The notes beneath the pieces are model-generated. The model worked only from the letters and a program-made list of their open reading frames with translations. It searched no databases and had not been told where the DNA came from. From Prasinococcaceae sp. CCMP 1430 (taxonomy: Eukaryota; Plantae; Prasinodermophyta): a DNA stretch of 57,354 nt. The stretch is from assembly GCA_013416795.1 (NCBI GenBank), contig RQSC01000015.1, forward strand, positions 489,541 to 546,894. Reading direction: 5' to 3'. The translations under genes were made by a program, and so were the position numbers. Below are positions 1 to 12,528 of this stretch, one piece after another; position 1 is the stretch's first letter; the number at the start of each line of letters is the position of its first letter.

Positions 1-74
1 GGGCGGCGCGCTGGCGCGACGGTGGCGCCACAGTGGGCCCCTGCGAGCGGATGTTGGCGTGATCCGCGCGAGAG

Positions 75-1668
75 ATGTGCGCCTCCAAGTCGGCGCTGCG
101 GCGCACGCGCGCGGGCGCGCGGCGCGAGGCTGGCGCGGGAGGGGCAGCGCGAGCGGTGCCGCCTGCGCCGGTGACGGTCCCGCCGGACGAGGGCTGCGCG
201 TCTAACAGCGAGTCCGAGGCAGACACGGATGCGCGCGTGGGCTCCCGTTCGAGCTCGCCGAAGCACGACAGCAAGCAAGCGACCGGCATTTTGAAAGTAA
301 TCGTTGCGCCGCACGCCCGCTCGCACGGACAAAAGCTTGCAAAACAGGTGATCGCGGCGGCCGTGGAGCTCGCTTCCGCGGCGTCCATGGTCGCCGCGGG
401 CAGGGCGGCAGCGGCGTGCGTGAGCTTGGCCTCCTTGCACGCGGGCCTCTCAGAGTCGACGACGGGCGTCGCCTTCGCGTGCGCGTGGGCGGCGGCGTAC
501 GCGCGCATGCTGGCGGGCGCGGCGTACATGTCCGTGCAGGCCAGCCGTGGGCGCATGCTGCCCCGCCGAGAGCAGCTGTCGTGGTGGGAGTGCGCCGCGC
601 TGCTTGTGCGCGGTGCGGTCGTTCTGTCGCCCGCCGATGCCACCGTCGCGCTGCTGGCGTCGCGTGGTGCGCGAGCTGCGGGCAGCGCTCCGCTGGCGTT
701 GCCTGATGTTGGCTTTGGCGTCTTGGACGCGGCGCTGGCGCTGCTGGCGTACTGTTTGTGGTTCGTGGTGACCAACTTCGTGCTGGAGGCGGCCTTCGAC
801 TTCGCGCACTACTGGCTGCATCGCACGATGCACATGTCGCCCGTGCTGTACAGGCATCTACACGCTCGGCACCACCTGCACACGCGGCCAGTGGCGCTCT
901 GCTTGCTTGAGCAGTCGTACCCTCTCATGACCGACCGCTCGTGGCACAACGGCACGCGTAAGCGGGTCCACCAGCGCGCCATGCACGCGTCTGGCTGGCT
1001 CTCTGCGCGCCCACCGTTCTTGGCGCTTGCTTGCTGCACCCATGGCAGCGCGACGTACGAACAAGTCAACAGGCCCTCACGTGTCCCGACTGCGGGTTTC
1101 TAACCTGCGCATGCGTGTGCGCTCGCGTGTCGTCCTCCGTAGTCGCGTCTTTCGTCTTCCCGCCTTTTCTGTGCTCGAGTCGGAGCTGATGTTGTCGCAG
1201 AAGCTGATCATCGAGTTCGCTGGGCACTGCGGTTCTGACACGACCTGGAGCTCGTTCCCGACGTTCATGTGGCTCCCGCGGATGCTTGGATGCGGTGCGT
1301 GAGGGGGGTGGCCGAGGTTGCGGGCCCGAAAGCGGGCGCGTATGCTTATTGTCTCACTAGCGGACTTAGCCTTACCTGTCGCGACCGCCGTTTGTTGGAA
1401 CGTATCGCTGCCCTTGCGGCTGCGTGTGCTGACCGGTTCTTTCCTCAAACCATGCCCTCATGGGCTACCCTCCTCCTACTTCATCGCACGCCCCTCTTGT
1501 GCGAATGCAGAGCTGTACGTGTGCGACCACGACCTGCACCACTCCGCTGTGCGCTGCAACTACGGCAAGCGGTTGTCGGTGTGGGACAAGGCCTTCGGCA
1601 CCTACCGGCGCTCGTGGGGGACGGCCGCGCACGGCGAGGCGCCAGCGAACGCGACGCCCGCGCGCTGA
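75..1668 (+). CDS. Sterol desaturase / fatty acid hydroxylase superfamily protein, copy A (3 exons; end of exon 1 garbled in this sequence)
   Basis: His boxes HYWLH, HARHH, EFAGHCG and HDLHH. Exon 2 is 1143-1294 and exon 3 is 1511-1668, with AG/GT boundaries matching copy B. Positions 917-989 are the unreversed complement of copy B 8323-8395, which destroys 21 codons and the true donor (expected at 980). Confidence 0.85.
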
Positions 1669-1881
1669 TGTCGTGTGCCGCGGGAAGGGGCAGGAAGGGG
1701 GAAAGGGGGAAGGGGCGGGGAGGGGCGAGCCTTGGCCAGAGTCAGGAGCAGCGCGGCACAGCAGTCTGCCTGCGCGCCATTGTGTGAGTTTCCCAACTTG
1801 AAGTGCCTGCACGTTGCATGCAGCACACCACCGACGGCACACATGCCATTAAAAAAGACGCACGCAGCCAGCACGACCTGA

Positions 1882-1979
1882 CGATGCGGTTTGACGTACA
1901 CAAAAGTCTCCCGTGGGTTACTTGCGTAACGCACGTCAAACCGCATCGGAACGACCCGCGCATGAGTCTCCCGTGGGTT
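1882..1979. repeat. 16-bp perfect inverted repeat with 35-nt spacer, plus a 15-bp direct repeat
   Basis: cgatgcggtttgacgt (1882-1897) pairs with acgtcaaaccgcatcg (1933-1948). agtctcccgtgggtt occurs at 1905-1919 and 1965-1979. Confidence 0.85.
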
Positions 1980-2222
1980 TTTTCTGCCCGCAGCAGGTGG
2001 AGCACATCGCCGGGGCTAAATAACGCAATTGAAATGTGCGTCCTTGAGATGATATCTGATTAATTCACGTAATTACCAGGGCGAAATTTGTGCGCGATCG
2101 GGTGGCTCTCGGCGCGCGCGCGGCGCGCGCCCGCGACGAGCGGATCGGACTTGCGGCCGAGCGCCGGATTCCGTCCGGCGCGAAACCGCCGCGGATGCGA
2201 ATCGGAGGTTAAAAGCGCGGAT

Positions 2223-2238
2223 GGGGTAAATTTCGAAG
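2223..2238 (+). promoter_or_regulatory. Candidate upstream motif GGGT(T)AAATTTCGAAG
   Basis: Lies about 150 nt upstream of the TPI ATG. A near-identical copy at 11709-11724 lies about 165 nt upstream of the 11884 ATG. Confidence 0.4.
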
Positions 2239-2381
2239 TGGATTGCGTGGGTTGCAGGCGGGCCCCGCACGCGCGCGCGCGGGGCGTCACAGCGCGCGCA
2301 GGCGGCCGCAGCCTCGCGCACCTCTCTCCCCCCCCCTCCTCCACGCGCGCGCGCGCGCCCCGCCGCACACCCCCGATCGCG

Positions 2382-3757
<1,376 letters not shown>

Positions 3758-4021
3758 GAGCTAGAGCCAAACACAGCACTAACACATGTTCCCTAGCCCG
3801 CTGTGTAGTGCACGGGGTGAGGCGCGGGCGTGCAGGCGCCTTGCGCCTGCGAACGCCAGCAGGCGCGCGCGCGCGCCGTGGCACGGGCACCCGTCCGGCG
3901 AGCAAGCAGCCAGGTTCTCGTTACCTACCCTGCGCGAGCAGACCGTGCCGCGACCCGCCCATCCCCTCGCGTCTCCTCGCGCCTATCTGCGGTTTGCTGC
4001 CACCGCCGTCCGCACGCTACC

Positions 4022-4941
4022 CTACCCTCTGAACTGCGGGCCTGGGGATTGCCCCGGACTCGGTGGCATCATCGGTCCGCCGACGGGGAGCGGCTCGCCC
4101 GGATGGTCCATCACCCACTCGGCCAGCGCGTCCTGTTTGGGGGCGCGCACGGTCGGCTCCTGTCAGCCCAGCGCGCGCGCGCACGCGCGCGGGCGTGCAC
4201 GCATGCATGACGCGTGCGCGGCGCGACGCAAGCGCGTGAGCTGCGCTGCCCGCGCGTCCGAACCTGCTGCATCATCGCCTTGGCGATGCTCTTCTTCGAG
4301 TTGTCCTGCAAGTGGCCGCCCAGCAGCAACTCGTCAAGGATGTACGCGGCCTTGTGCTGGTTGAAGATGAGGTCCAGCTCGCAGACGTTGCCGAAGTACC
4401 TGTCGAGCGCCTCCACGTACAGGTGGATCACCTCGAGCGAAATGAGCTCATTCACTTGCACGTCGGTGACAAGGACGAAATACAGCGATGCGTACCGCTG
4501 CGCGGGCGCCAACATCGCATAAAGCACGCGCCCGCGAGCCCGCGCGTGCGTCAGTATGGCGCTGGCCAGGCGCGCACAGCCGGGGGCGCGACCGGCCCGA
4601 ACGCTGCCGCGCGACCGCGCGCGCACACCGCCGTTCCCCGGCGCGCCTGCGCAGGCGCCGGAGCGCGCTCGCACGGGCGAGCTAGCGCGCGCACGCCTCC
4701 GCACTCGCGCGTGCGGGCGGCGCACCGCCAGGGCGCCTGCGTGCGCTCGCAACGGTCGCACCTTGTAGATGATCTTCTTGTCGCGCCACTCGATGAAGTT
4801 GCACTGCCGCGGCTGCCTGGCGAGCGCGGCGCTGACGACCTCGGCGGTGATGCGCTTGCGCTCCTTCGAGGTCGCCTCGGAGAACCACTTGGACAGCCGC
4901 ACCTTGCCCTGCCGGTTGAACAGGAACGCGTAGTGGATCAT
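4022..4941 (-). CDS. AP1S: AP-1 adaptor complex sigma subunit (exons 4941-4762, 4497-4264, 4132-4022)
   Basis: MIHYAFLFNRQGKVRLSKWF, IIYK|RYASLYF and LDRYFGNVCELDLIFN match the clathrin adaptor small chain. Splice sites keep frame. Confidence 0.93.
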
Positions 4942-5190
4942 CGCGCCGCCCTCCCTTCCCGCGGGCGCGCGCCCCGCCCCGCCGCGGGCCACGGCCGCTG
5001 GCGCATATCAAATCGCACCCGCCGACCGCCGCCGCCGACTTGTGGTGCGGGCCGATCTTTTTCGAAAGCCGTCGGATTTTTATTTTTTTTTTCAATTTTT
5101 TGCTTCCGTTTTGTTTGTTTTGTTTTGTTTTGTTCGGTTCGGTTCGGTTCGGTTTGCCTTCGGCGAAGCTGTTTTATTTTATTATTTCTT

Positions 5191-6636
5191 TTATTTCTTT
5201 TTTATTCTTTTCTCTCTTTTATTTTCTTTATTTCGTTTTGACTTCAGTTCGCAGCTGCGAAACTTTTTCTTTGCTGCGAAATTTCGTTCTAAAACTTTCA
5301 TAATTTGGAATGAAAGGCGTCTCTTTTCCCCTTTCTTTTTGCGCGCATACTGCAGGCATAGTGGGCCCGCGCCGCCGCCGCCGCCCCACGCGCCCCCGCC
5401 CCCGCCGCTCTGAGGACAGTCGCGCGCCCAGTGCCCACTCTGCCCGCACTTGAAGCAAGTGCCGCTCCCTCCGCCTGGACCGCCGCCGTGGCCGGCGCTG
5501 CCGCTGTTCCATCCACCCGTGTTGTTGTTGTAGGCGTTGTAGTTTTCCTTGTTCGTGTTGTTGTTGGCGTTCCACCCGCCTCCTCCTGCGCTGGGCCCGT
5601 TCGGGCAGTCGCGGGCCCAGTGGCCGTCTTGACCGCACTTGAAGCAGGATCCCCCACCTCCTCCGGTGGTCGCCCGCCCGCCCGCCCCGCCGGCGCCACC
5701 GCCACCGCCCCAGTTCCCCTGGCTGCCGACGCGGTTGGCATTGTGCCCGGCCCCACCGCCGCTGGCGCCCGCGTTCGGGCAGTCGCGCGCCCAGTGGCCG
5801 GTCTGCCCGCACTTGAAACACTCGCCTCCCCCTCCGCCCCCTCCGCCGGCGGCAACGCCACCGCCATAGCCGGCCCCGGCGGCGCCGTACCCCGCGCCGC
5901 CACCGACGCCGGGATCGTCGCACCACTGGAAGAAGCCGCACTGGCACTTGAAGAACTGGCGACCCGGGTTCCTCGCCGTGTTGGACGTCCTCACCGTGCA
6001 CGGGACCTTGCACGTCGGGCACTGCTTGCCCTGCTCCTGCGACTCGGCGCCCTGACCAGACTCGAAGTTGCCACGCGCGCCGGGGGCTGCCGAGTAGCCC
6101 GTGAAGCCCGTGGGCGCCGGTTGGGCCCCGGTGTGCCTCGGTCCGTTGCGCGTGGTGGTCCAGCCGTCCCCGCGCAGCGCGGTGCTGTAGGGGTCGTTGG
6201 CGGAGTCGAACTCATGCGGGGCGTTGGCGCCATCGTTGCGACCGCCGCCGCCGTGGGCGTCGCCGCCCGAGTACGCGGCGGTGTTGCTCCAGCCGCCGCC
6301 GCGGTCGCCGCTGCCGTAGCCCCCGGCGTACGTGTCGGGCACGCCGCTGTCCGCGGGGCGGGCGGTGGTCTGCTGGTGGTGGTGCTGCCACGTCGCCCCG
6401 CCGCTGCGCGCCCCGGAGCCGCCGCTGTTTACTGCGCCGCCGGCGCTGCTACGCATCGCAGCGCCGCCGCCGCCGCCGCCCCCGCCCCCGCCCCCGCCGC
6501 CTGCGAAGAATTCCGCCTCCGCTTCCTCCGCTTCTGCGGCGGCCGCCGCGTAGGCGCCGTCCTCCTCTGCAGCCGCGAGCGCCCAGTCGTCGTCGTCGGG
6601 GGGCACATCGTCCGGCACGTACCGCGGCGGCGGCAT
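5191..6636 (-). CDS. Gly-rich protein with one GRF-type zinc finger and three CCHC zinc knuckles
   Basis: CPTCKVPC...[21 protein letters not shown] (~6023-5914) and three CFKCGQxGHWARDC units (~5820-5778, 5645-5603, 5460-5420). The 3' end runs into an AT-rich tract and is uncertain. Confidence 0.85.
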   Translation of the reverse strand: MPPPRYVPDDVPPDDDDWALAAAEEDGAYAAAAAEAEEAEAEFFAGGGGGGGGGGGGGAAMRSSAGGAVNSGGSGARSGGATWQHHHQQTTARPADSGVPDTYAGGYGSGDRGGGWSNTAAYSGGDAHGGGGRNDGANAPHEFDSANDPYSTALRGDGWTTTRNGPRHTGAQPAPTGFTGYSAAPGARGNFESGQGAESQEQGKQCPTCKVPCTVRTSNTARNPGRQFFKCQCGFFQWCDDPGVGGGAGYGAAGAGYGGGVAAGGGGGGGGECFKCGQTGHWARDCPNAGASGGGAGHNANRVGSQGNWGGGGGAGGAGGRATTGGGGGSCFKCGQDGHWARDCPNGPSAGGGGWNANNNTNKENYNAYNNNTGGWNSGSAGHGGGPGGGSGTCFKCGQSGHWARDCPQSGGGGGAWGGGGGAGPLCLQYARKKKGEKRRLSFQIMKVLERNFAAKKKFRSCELKSKRNKENKREKRIKKK

Positions 6637-7489
6637 CGCTCCTGCCGCGCCCCTTTTTCTCGCGCGCCGCCGCCGCCGCCGCGCGGCGAGTCTGTGGCGC
6701 CCGCACCGCCGCCGCGCCACGCTGGCCGCGCGCGCGCGCGCGCCCAACACCCCGCGTTTTCAAATCCCATGGAATCCATCGCAACGTCAAAATACATATA
6801 AATAGCTTCGCGTAGCACGTGCGTGATACTGCAATATTTTTACAATAAGAAGGAATCCGAATCAATCTCATCATTTTGAATCCATTTGGCACACGCGGAT
6901 TCCCCGCGCCGCGCCCTCGGAACCGGAACCGGAACGAACCTCCGAAGCGCCGGGGAAACCCGGGTTCGACGTGCCGCGCACGCCCGGTTCCACCCGACGG
7001 ATCACCCTTCTCGACCGGGTTCCCCATCGATTGCCCCGGTCGACCACGGGGGCGCGCGCGCGCCCGCGCGCGCGCGCGCCCTCGATCGCATGCATTTTGA
7101 TGGGGTTTCGTTCCCCCGGGGACGGAGCTGGCGCGCGGACCCACCAACCGCCGCGGTGCGGCTACGGCTACGGCGACTACGGCCGGCGACGGGCCGCAGC
7201 GCCGCGGCGCCACAGCGCGCCCGGACGCCGAGGGGTGTGTAAGGGGGGGGGAGGGGCAGGGCCGGGCGAGGCGGCGGGGCGCGGGGCACGCGCCGCGTGC
7301 GAGCGTCGAGAGGTGGGGGGGGAAAGGGGGGCGCGCGAGGGCGCCCGCCGCCGGGTGCGGGCGACAGCTGCGGCTTTGAGTGGAGCAGGTGTAGGGCGGG
7401 TTGGAGGCGCGCGCGCGTGCATGCGCGCGAGCGGTTGCCGGAGCGGGACGCGGCCACGCGTGTGGGGGGCTCGGTGATCAGCGCACGCG

Positions 7490-9100
7490 ATGCGAGCCCC
7501 GGAGTCGGCGCCGCGGCGCACGCGCCAGAGCGTGCGGCGCGAGGCTGCTGTGACGGCGGCGGCCGGATCAGCGCGTCCAGCGCCCGTCCCCCCAACCCGG
7601 GACGAGGGTAGCCCATCAAGCAGCGAGTCCGCGGTGGGCACGCGCGTGGACTCTCGCGCGAGCTTGACTCAGCAAGACAGCGAGCGGACGCCAGGCGAGG
7701 TCAACGCTGCGCGGCAGGCTCGCCGCCTGCGTGGCGAAAGGCTGCCCAAACAGTTGCTCGCGGCGGCCGTGGAGCTCACATCCGCGGCGTCCATGGTCGC
7801 CGCGGGCAGAGCGGCAGCGGCGTGCGTGAGCTTGGCCTCCTTGCACGCGGGCCTCTCAGAGTCGACGACGGGCGTCGCCTTCGCGTGCGCGTGGGCGGCG
7901 GCGTACGCGCGCATGCTGGCGGGCGCGGCGTACATGTCCGTGCAGGCCAGCCGTGGGCGCATGCTGCCCCGCCGAGAGCAGCTGTCGTGGTGGGAGTGCG
8001 CCGCGCTGCTTGTGCGCGGTGCGGTCGTTCTGTCGCCCGCCGATGCCACCGTCGCGCTGCTGGCGTCGCGTGGTGCGCGAGCTGCGGGCAGCGCTCCGCT
8101 GGCGTTGCCTGATGTTGGCTTTGGCGTCTTGGACGCGGCGCTGGCGCTGCTGGCGTACTGTTTGTGGTTCGTGGTGACCAACTTCGTGCTGGAGGCGGCC
8201 TTCGACTTCGCGCATTACTGGATTCATCGCACGATGCACATGTCGCCCGTGCTGTACAGGCATCTGCACGCTCGGCACCACCTTCACACGCGGCCAGTGG
8301 CGCTTTGCCTGCTTGAGCAGTCCATGGGAGAGTACTGGCTGGCGAGCACCGTGTTGCCGTGCGCATTCGCCCAGGTGGTCGCGCGGTACGTGCGCCCTGC
8401 CGGCTCTCTGTGCGCGCTTCGTTCTTGGCGTGCTCGCGTGCTGCACATGTGCGCGTGCCCAGACGTGTCCTAATTCTGAGGTTCTGACTACCGCTTTTGT
8501 GTGCTCTCGCGCGTCGTTCTCAGTCGCGTCTTTCGTCTTCCCGCCTTTTCTGTGCTCGAGTCCGAGCTGATGTTGTCGCAGAAGCTGATCATCGAGTTCG
8601 CCGGGCACTGCGGTTCTGACACGACCTGGAGCTCGTTCCCGACGTTCATGTGGCTCCCTCGGATGCTTGGATGCGGTGCGTGAGGGTTTGGCCGAGGTCG
8701 CGAGCCCGAGGGCGGGCCCGCGTGCATTGCTCTCGCCTTGTTTATTGGTGGGCTCGTTTGCGCCTGTCGCGACCGCGCGTCTTGATGTACTTCTCCTTGG
8801 GTGGCCCGAGCGTGAGACTTGTACGTGAGCACATGTGCTGACTGTGCAAGCTTTCCCCCCCCCCACACACCACCACACACACACATACACACTCCTGCAA
8901 TCCTCCGACACGCCACCCCACTCCCACGCCCCTCTCGTGCGAATGCAGAGCTGTACGTGTGCGACCACGACCTGCACCACTCCGCTTTGCGCTGCAACTA
9001 CGGCAAGCGGTTGTCGCTGTGGGACAAGGTCTTCGGCACCTACTGGCGCTCGTGGGGGACGGCCGCGCACGGCGAGGCGCCAGCCAAGCGCGCGCGTTGA
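7490..9100 (+). CDS. Sterol desaturase / fatty acid hydroxylase superfamily protein, copy B, intact (exons 7490-8385, 8524-8675, 8949-9100)
   Basis: His boxes HYWIH, HARHH, EFAGHCG, HDLHH and C-terminal NYGKRLSLWDKVFGT. Both introns are GT-AG and keep frame. Confidence 0.92.
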
Positions 9101-9688
9101 GGCCGCGCAGGGATGTGCAAACAGCTGTACTCTAGTACTAATAATGTGTCACCGTTTTCAGGTTTGGGAGCCTGCGAGGGGTGCTGCGCGTGCATGTCTG
9201 ATGCGCGTCGGACACATACGGCGGCGGTGTGCCACGACGCCACTGACCGCCCGCAGCTCAGGCCGGCGCGCGCGCGGCGCGTGCCGCCTCGCGCTCGCCG
9301 GCAGGGCGCGGCACTCCCGACGCTCGAGAGAGAGGTGCGCCGTATGGAGCCAGCTGGAGCTTCGTTGGAGTAAAACCTCTCGAGTGAGAACCTGCCTGCC
9401 AAACTCCAGCGTGTTGTCGATGACACAGCCCCACCATCGGGATGCACGACGTGACCGTTCGCGTCTCGGAGCTGCAAATCCACTGTTCAAAGGTTGCGCG
9501 AGTGAGTAGTCTAATACAGGCACCGTTACCAGGCACGTAACAGTCGCAGCTATCAATATGAATAATCACAATTGATACAGTACTTCAGACTCACTTTGAG
9601 CGACGTTGCGCCCCAGTGGAGTCGATCGGACTCTGAATGCAGGCAGTGCTGCCATGATGCTGGCCATCGATCGTCGCGGAAAGCGGGC

Positions 9689-9985
<297 letters not shown>

Positions 9986-9986
9986 G

Positions 9987-10405
9987 GTGCGCGTGGGCGT
10001 GGAGGCGCTGAAGAAGGCGACGGGCGGCAAGGTGCCCGGCCTGGCGGTGGTGCTCGTGGGCGAGCGCAAGGACTCGCAGTCGTACGTGCGCGCCAAGAAG
10101 AAGGCGTGCGCCGAGGCGGGCATCGAGAGCGAGAGCCTCAGCGTCAACCTGCCCGAGAGCGCCACCGAGGAGGAGGTGCTCGGCGAGGTGCAGCGCCTCA
10201 ACGCCGACCCGGCCGTGCACGGCATCCTCGTGCAGCTGCCCATGCCCAAGCACATCAACGAGGAGCGCGTGCTGGGCGCCATCGACCTCGAGAAGGTGCG
10301 GCAAAGCTCACGGGGGCGCGGTCGAAGCGGTCGCGAGCGCCGCGCGCGTGCGTGCGTGTGGGCCTCTGTGTGTGTGTGTGTGCGTGTGCGTGTGTGTGTG
10401 CGTGT

Positions 10406-10458
<53 letters not shown>

Positions 10459-10981
10459 CGCGCATGTGCGCATGTGTGTGTGCGTGTGTGTGCGCGCGCG
10501 TGTGTGTGTGTGTGTACATGTGTGCGTGTCATCTCTGACGGCCCCGTGCGTTGCAGGACGTGGACGGCTTCCACCCGCTCAACATCGGCCGGCTGGCCAT
10601 GCGCGGCCGCGAGCCGCTCTTCGTGCCGTGCACGCCCGCGGGCTGCATGGAGCTCCTCGAGCGCAGCGGCGTGGAGATCGCCGGCAAGGAGGCCGTGGTG
10701 GTGGGCCGCTCCAACATCGTGGGCATGCCCGCCGCGCTGCTGCTGCTGCGGCGCGACGCCACCGTGACGGTGGTGCACTCGCGCACGAAGGACGCCGAGG
10801 CGTGCGTGCGCCGCGCGGACATCATCATCGCCGCCTGCGGCATCCCCAACTACGTCAAGGGCAACTGGGTCAAGCCCGGCGCGGCGGTCATCGACGTCGG
10901 CATCAACGTGCGTGGCGATCATGGGCGCGAGGCGCCAGCGCGTGCTGTGTGTGTGTGTGTGTATGTGTGTGTGTGTGTGTA

Positions 10982-11033
<52 letters not shown>

Positions 11034-11036
11034 TGT

Positions 11037-11110
<74 letters not shown>

Positions 11111-11409
11111 GTGTGTGTGTGTGTGTGTGTGTCCGCATGCGCGAGCGCGCTCTGACACGCGCTGTGCGCGCGCGCGCGCGCCTCCTCTCGCGCGCGCTCC
11201 CTCCGCGCGCCAACTCTTCGCAGGCGGTGGACGACGCCACGAAGAAGCGCGGCTACCGCCTGGTGGGCGACGCCGACTACGCCATGTGCAAGGAGGCCGC
11301 CTCGAAGATCACCCCCGTGCCCGGCGGCGTGGGGCCCATGACCATCGCCATGCTGCTCAAGAACGTCCTCGACGGCGCCGCGCGCGCGTATGGCGTCGAC
11401 CTCGACTAG
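9987..11409 (+). CDS. FOLD: Bifunctional methylenetetrahydrofolate dehydrogenase/cyclohydrolase, 5'-partial (exons 9987-10295, 10557-10907, 11224-11409)
   Basis: [44 protein letters not shown] and [17 protein letters not shown]. The N-terminal exon was not found. Confidence 0.96.
10946..11132. repeat. Alternating (TG)n/(CA)n/(TG)n/(CA)n/(TG)n inverted microsatellite inside a FolD intron
   Basis: Blocks at about 10946-10980 TG, 10983-11031 CA, 11041-11075 TG, 11078-11107 CA and 11109-11132 TG. Confidence 0.95.
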
Positions 11410-11497
11410 AGGCGCCAGCGGGCGGACGCCACACCGGCGAGGCCAGGCGAGGCGGGGCGAGGCGCGTGCTGGTAAACGATCCGATTCCCCACGGCAA

Positions 11498-11640
11498 TGT
11501 GTGTGTGTGTGTGTGCGCTGTGTGTGTGTGTGTGTGTGTGTGCATGCGTGCACGTGTGCGTGTGTGTGTGCGCGCATGCGTGTACGTGTGTGTGTGTGTG
11601 CGCTGTGTGTGTGTGTGTGTGTGTGTGTGTGCACGTGTGT
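11498..11640. repeat. Imperfect (TG)n microsatellite downstream of FolD
   Basis: Direct reading. Confidence 0.9.
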
Positions 11641-11883
11641 GCGCGCTCATGCGCGCGCACGTGCGCTCGCGTTCAGGTTTCCGGCTTGTTTTGATTTATT
11701 TGGGGTTAGGGTTAAATTTCGAAGCCTGCGCGCGAACGCCACGCGCGCGGCGCGCGAGCTGGCGCGCGCGCCACACGGCGCCCACCGGGTCCTGCAGCTC
11801 GCGCGGCACGCGGCACGCGGCACGCGCATCGTCGCCGGCCAGCCGCTCCCCGCGCGACGCCGTCCGCCGCCAAGGCCGCCGGC

Positions 11884-12285
11884 ATGGGCCAGCTGATGGA
11901 CGACCTAGCGGGCTTCGTGTCGACCCGCCACGCCGAGCTCGCGTCGGCGTACGCGGTCGGCCTCAAGGCGTACAACACCAAGACGCTGCCGGACATGTCG
12001 GACGTGTCCGGCTCGACGCTAGTGACCACGGTCGCGGCGATGGTGATCGCTAACACCGCGCTCATGTCGCTCACCTCGGGCGGCCGCAAGGTCATTGCCG
12101 ACGCCATCAACGCGGTCATCACCTTCGCGCTGCTCATCGTGCTCATCCTGCTCGTGCTCGGCGTCCCCGTCGGCTTCACCTACACCGCCTTCGTGGGGCT
12201 GAGGTACGCGTGGGTGTTCGCCTCGCCCTTCATCCTCGAGTACGGCGGCGCTGCAGTCGAGCTCGTCAAAGCCAAGATGGCCTGA
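11884..12285 (+). CDS. Hypothetical small membrane protein, 133 aa
   Basis: Clean ATG-TGA ORF with strongly C/G-ending codons like neighbouring true exons and 2-3 hydrophobic segments. No family recognised. Confidence 0.75.
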   Translation: MGQLMDDLAGFVSTRHAELASAYAVGLKAYNTKTLPDMSDVSGSTLVTTVAAMVIANTALMSLTSGGRKVIADAINAVITFALLIVLILLVLGVPVGFTYTAFVGLRYAWVFASPFILEYGGAAVELVKAKMA

Positions 12286-12528
12286 GCGGCGCTCAGCGAG
12301 CCCTGAGCGCTTGAGCGCACGCACACACCGGACAGGACAGGACGCACGCGCTCCGGCGTTGTGCGCGCGCGCCACGTCGGCGCGACGGCAAATCGCAGCG
12401 AGACACAGACATGGCGGCGGCGGCGCACAGACACACACTGTGCGTACACACTCACGCCGCACCTCAGCACGGCTGCTGACTCGACACTCTTTAAGATGCC
12501 ACACAATACCATGCCCGGGCGCACGAGC

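Noticed and set aside
917-1142. Copy A rescued by a new donor at 917 or 1055 (both in frame) as a real alternative exon end
   Set aside because: The block is the exact complement of copy B, and 990-1050 aligns to copy B's intron, so these GT sites are incidental.
6955-6975. tRNA T-loop-like GGTTCGA words (also near 26980-27000)
   Set aside because: No cloverleaf, D-arm or acceptor stem could be built.
7099-7235. Short ORF MGFRSPGDG...GYGYGDYG as a separate gene or upstream exon of hydroxylase B
   Set aside because: No homology and no demonstrable in-frame splice. It lies in a likely divergent promoter.
9040-9483. MDLQLRDANGHVV resembling the C-terminal motif of Polinton-like/virophage penton proteins
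   Set aside because: The motif is about 10 aa in a short GTG-started ORF with no supporting domain or other viral genes, so it is consistent with chance.
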